DNA from: Catajapyx aquilonaris
Taxonomy: Eukaryota
DNA: 20,000 bases
NCBI GenBank assembly: GCA_000934665.2
Contig: KZ537982.1
Location: 183,958 to 203,957, forward strand
Reading direction: 5' to 3'
The translations under genes and the position numbers were made by a program. Below, piece after piece: positions 19,241-20,000 of the stretch (position 1 is its first letter; each line of letters begins with the position of its first letter). The notes under the pieces were generated by a model. That model searched no databases, was not told where the DNA came from, and saw only the letters and a list, made by a program, of their open reading frames with translations.

Positions 19241-19554
19241 CCTTACAGCCAGGATTCAGCACCTAAAGATTACCACCTGTCCATGAACATGAAGAAATGG
19301 CATGCAAAGCAGAGGTTTCACGATGATGAGGAGTTGCAGTCCAGCATTCACGGGTCAGGAAAATGGCTGGCGGCAAACCTCTGTGACATATACGTGCAAA
19401 ATCTTGTGTAACACTACGACAAATGCCTCAATTTGGCTGGAAACTATGTTGAAAAAAAACACCCAGTGGAAGCTTTCAGATGTGTGTAATAAAAGAGGAC
19501 GCATTGTTGTTTTTCTAACAAAAAATCAGAAGTGACTTTTCAGATGCCCTCATA
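19241..19554 (+). mobile_element. Degenerate 5'-truncated mariner (DD34D) element: transposase C-terminus plus right TIR
   Basis: The frame from 19241 reads PYSQDSAPKDYHLSMNMKKWHAKQRFHDDEELQ...VQNLV*HYDKCLNLAGNYVEK, matching the mariner YSPDLAPxDY motif and the C-terminal KC...GxYVEK, with an internal stop. It is followed by the TIR-like ACTTTTCAGATGCCCTCA and TA (19553-19554). Confidence 0.85.
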
Positions 19555-20000
19555 ATAACGTCACCAAAAGTGACAAATGACACTATCAGTATCTGGAACA
19601 TGTTTTAAGTGTTCCAACCTGTTTTAAGAGGGGGGGAAATCGTCTCCTCCAGTTTCACCATGCAATGAAAAATTATTTTATTTGTTGTTCCAGTTCCATC
19701 CCACCCATATTTCATACTGTAGAGCAGGCAAAAATCTTACTAAAGTCAGCACACTCTAAGGATAGCGACTGGGGCGGAGATGAATTCCCCCCAGTTTCTC
19801 CACAACTCCCACCCAACCATTACGCGTACATTTATGTGATCTTGTCTATCCCCACCAACTGGACAGTCTACCCATATGGAAAAAATATACAGGGTGTATC
19901 TTTACTCAGTGCCCCGACGTATATGACTGCCTTCCTAGCCACCAGAGGATCGATTTAAGTATAGGAATCATATGTCTGGGCAGCCTCATTACTGAGATAC

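Noticed and set aside
19888..19900. TA|CAGGGTGT, a Tc1/mariner-like left terminus
   Set aside because: Only a short motif near the window edge; no partner TIR is visible.

Overview
Eukaryotic genomic DNA, probably arthropod, with compact GT-AG introns of mostly 53-190 bp. The left part holds a GAA-rich low-complexity tract, a hAT-type MITE and a tandem cluster of three paralogous two-exon genes (+ strand, 2084-4914). These encode secreted Cys-rich proteins of about 225-241 aa with repeated WPxxxxCY...QGPC modules (DUF4789-like). Convergent with them is a complete 25-exon 'short' ABCC (ABCC4/MRP4-like) transporter gene on the - strand (ATG 14226, stop 5112, 1298 aa by my manual splice). It shows a His-to-Gln change in the NBD1 switch, several exon lengths matching vertebrate CFTR, a TTAA-flanked Kolobok-like MITE in intron 13 and an 80-nt intronic hairpin. 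Upstream of this gene is a transposon-rich region: a ~2 kb asymmetric foldback element (about 535 bp terminal inverted repeats plus internal ~330 bp tandem units), a second hAT MITE, a Sola-like MITE and a degenerate 3' mariner fragment. The most interesting items are the diversified Cys-rich secreted cluster, in which one paralog has lost a Cys pair and gained an RKRR site, and the foldback architecture. No prokaryotic systems (CRISPR, operons) are present. All calls are by eye; no database searches were run.
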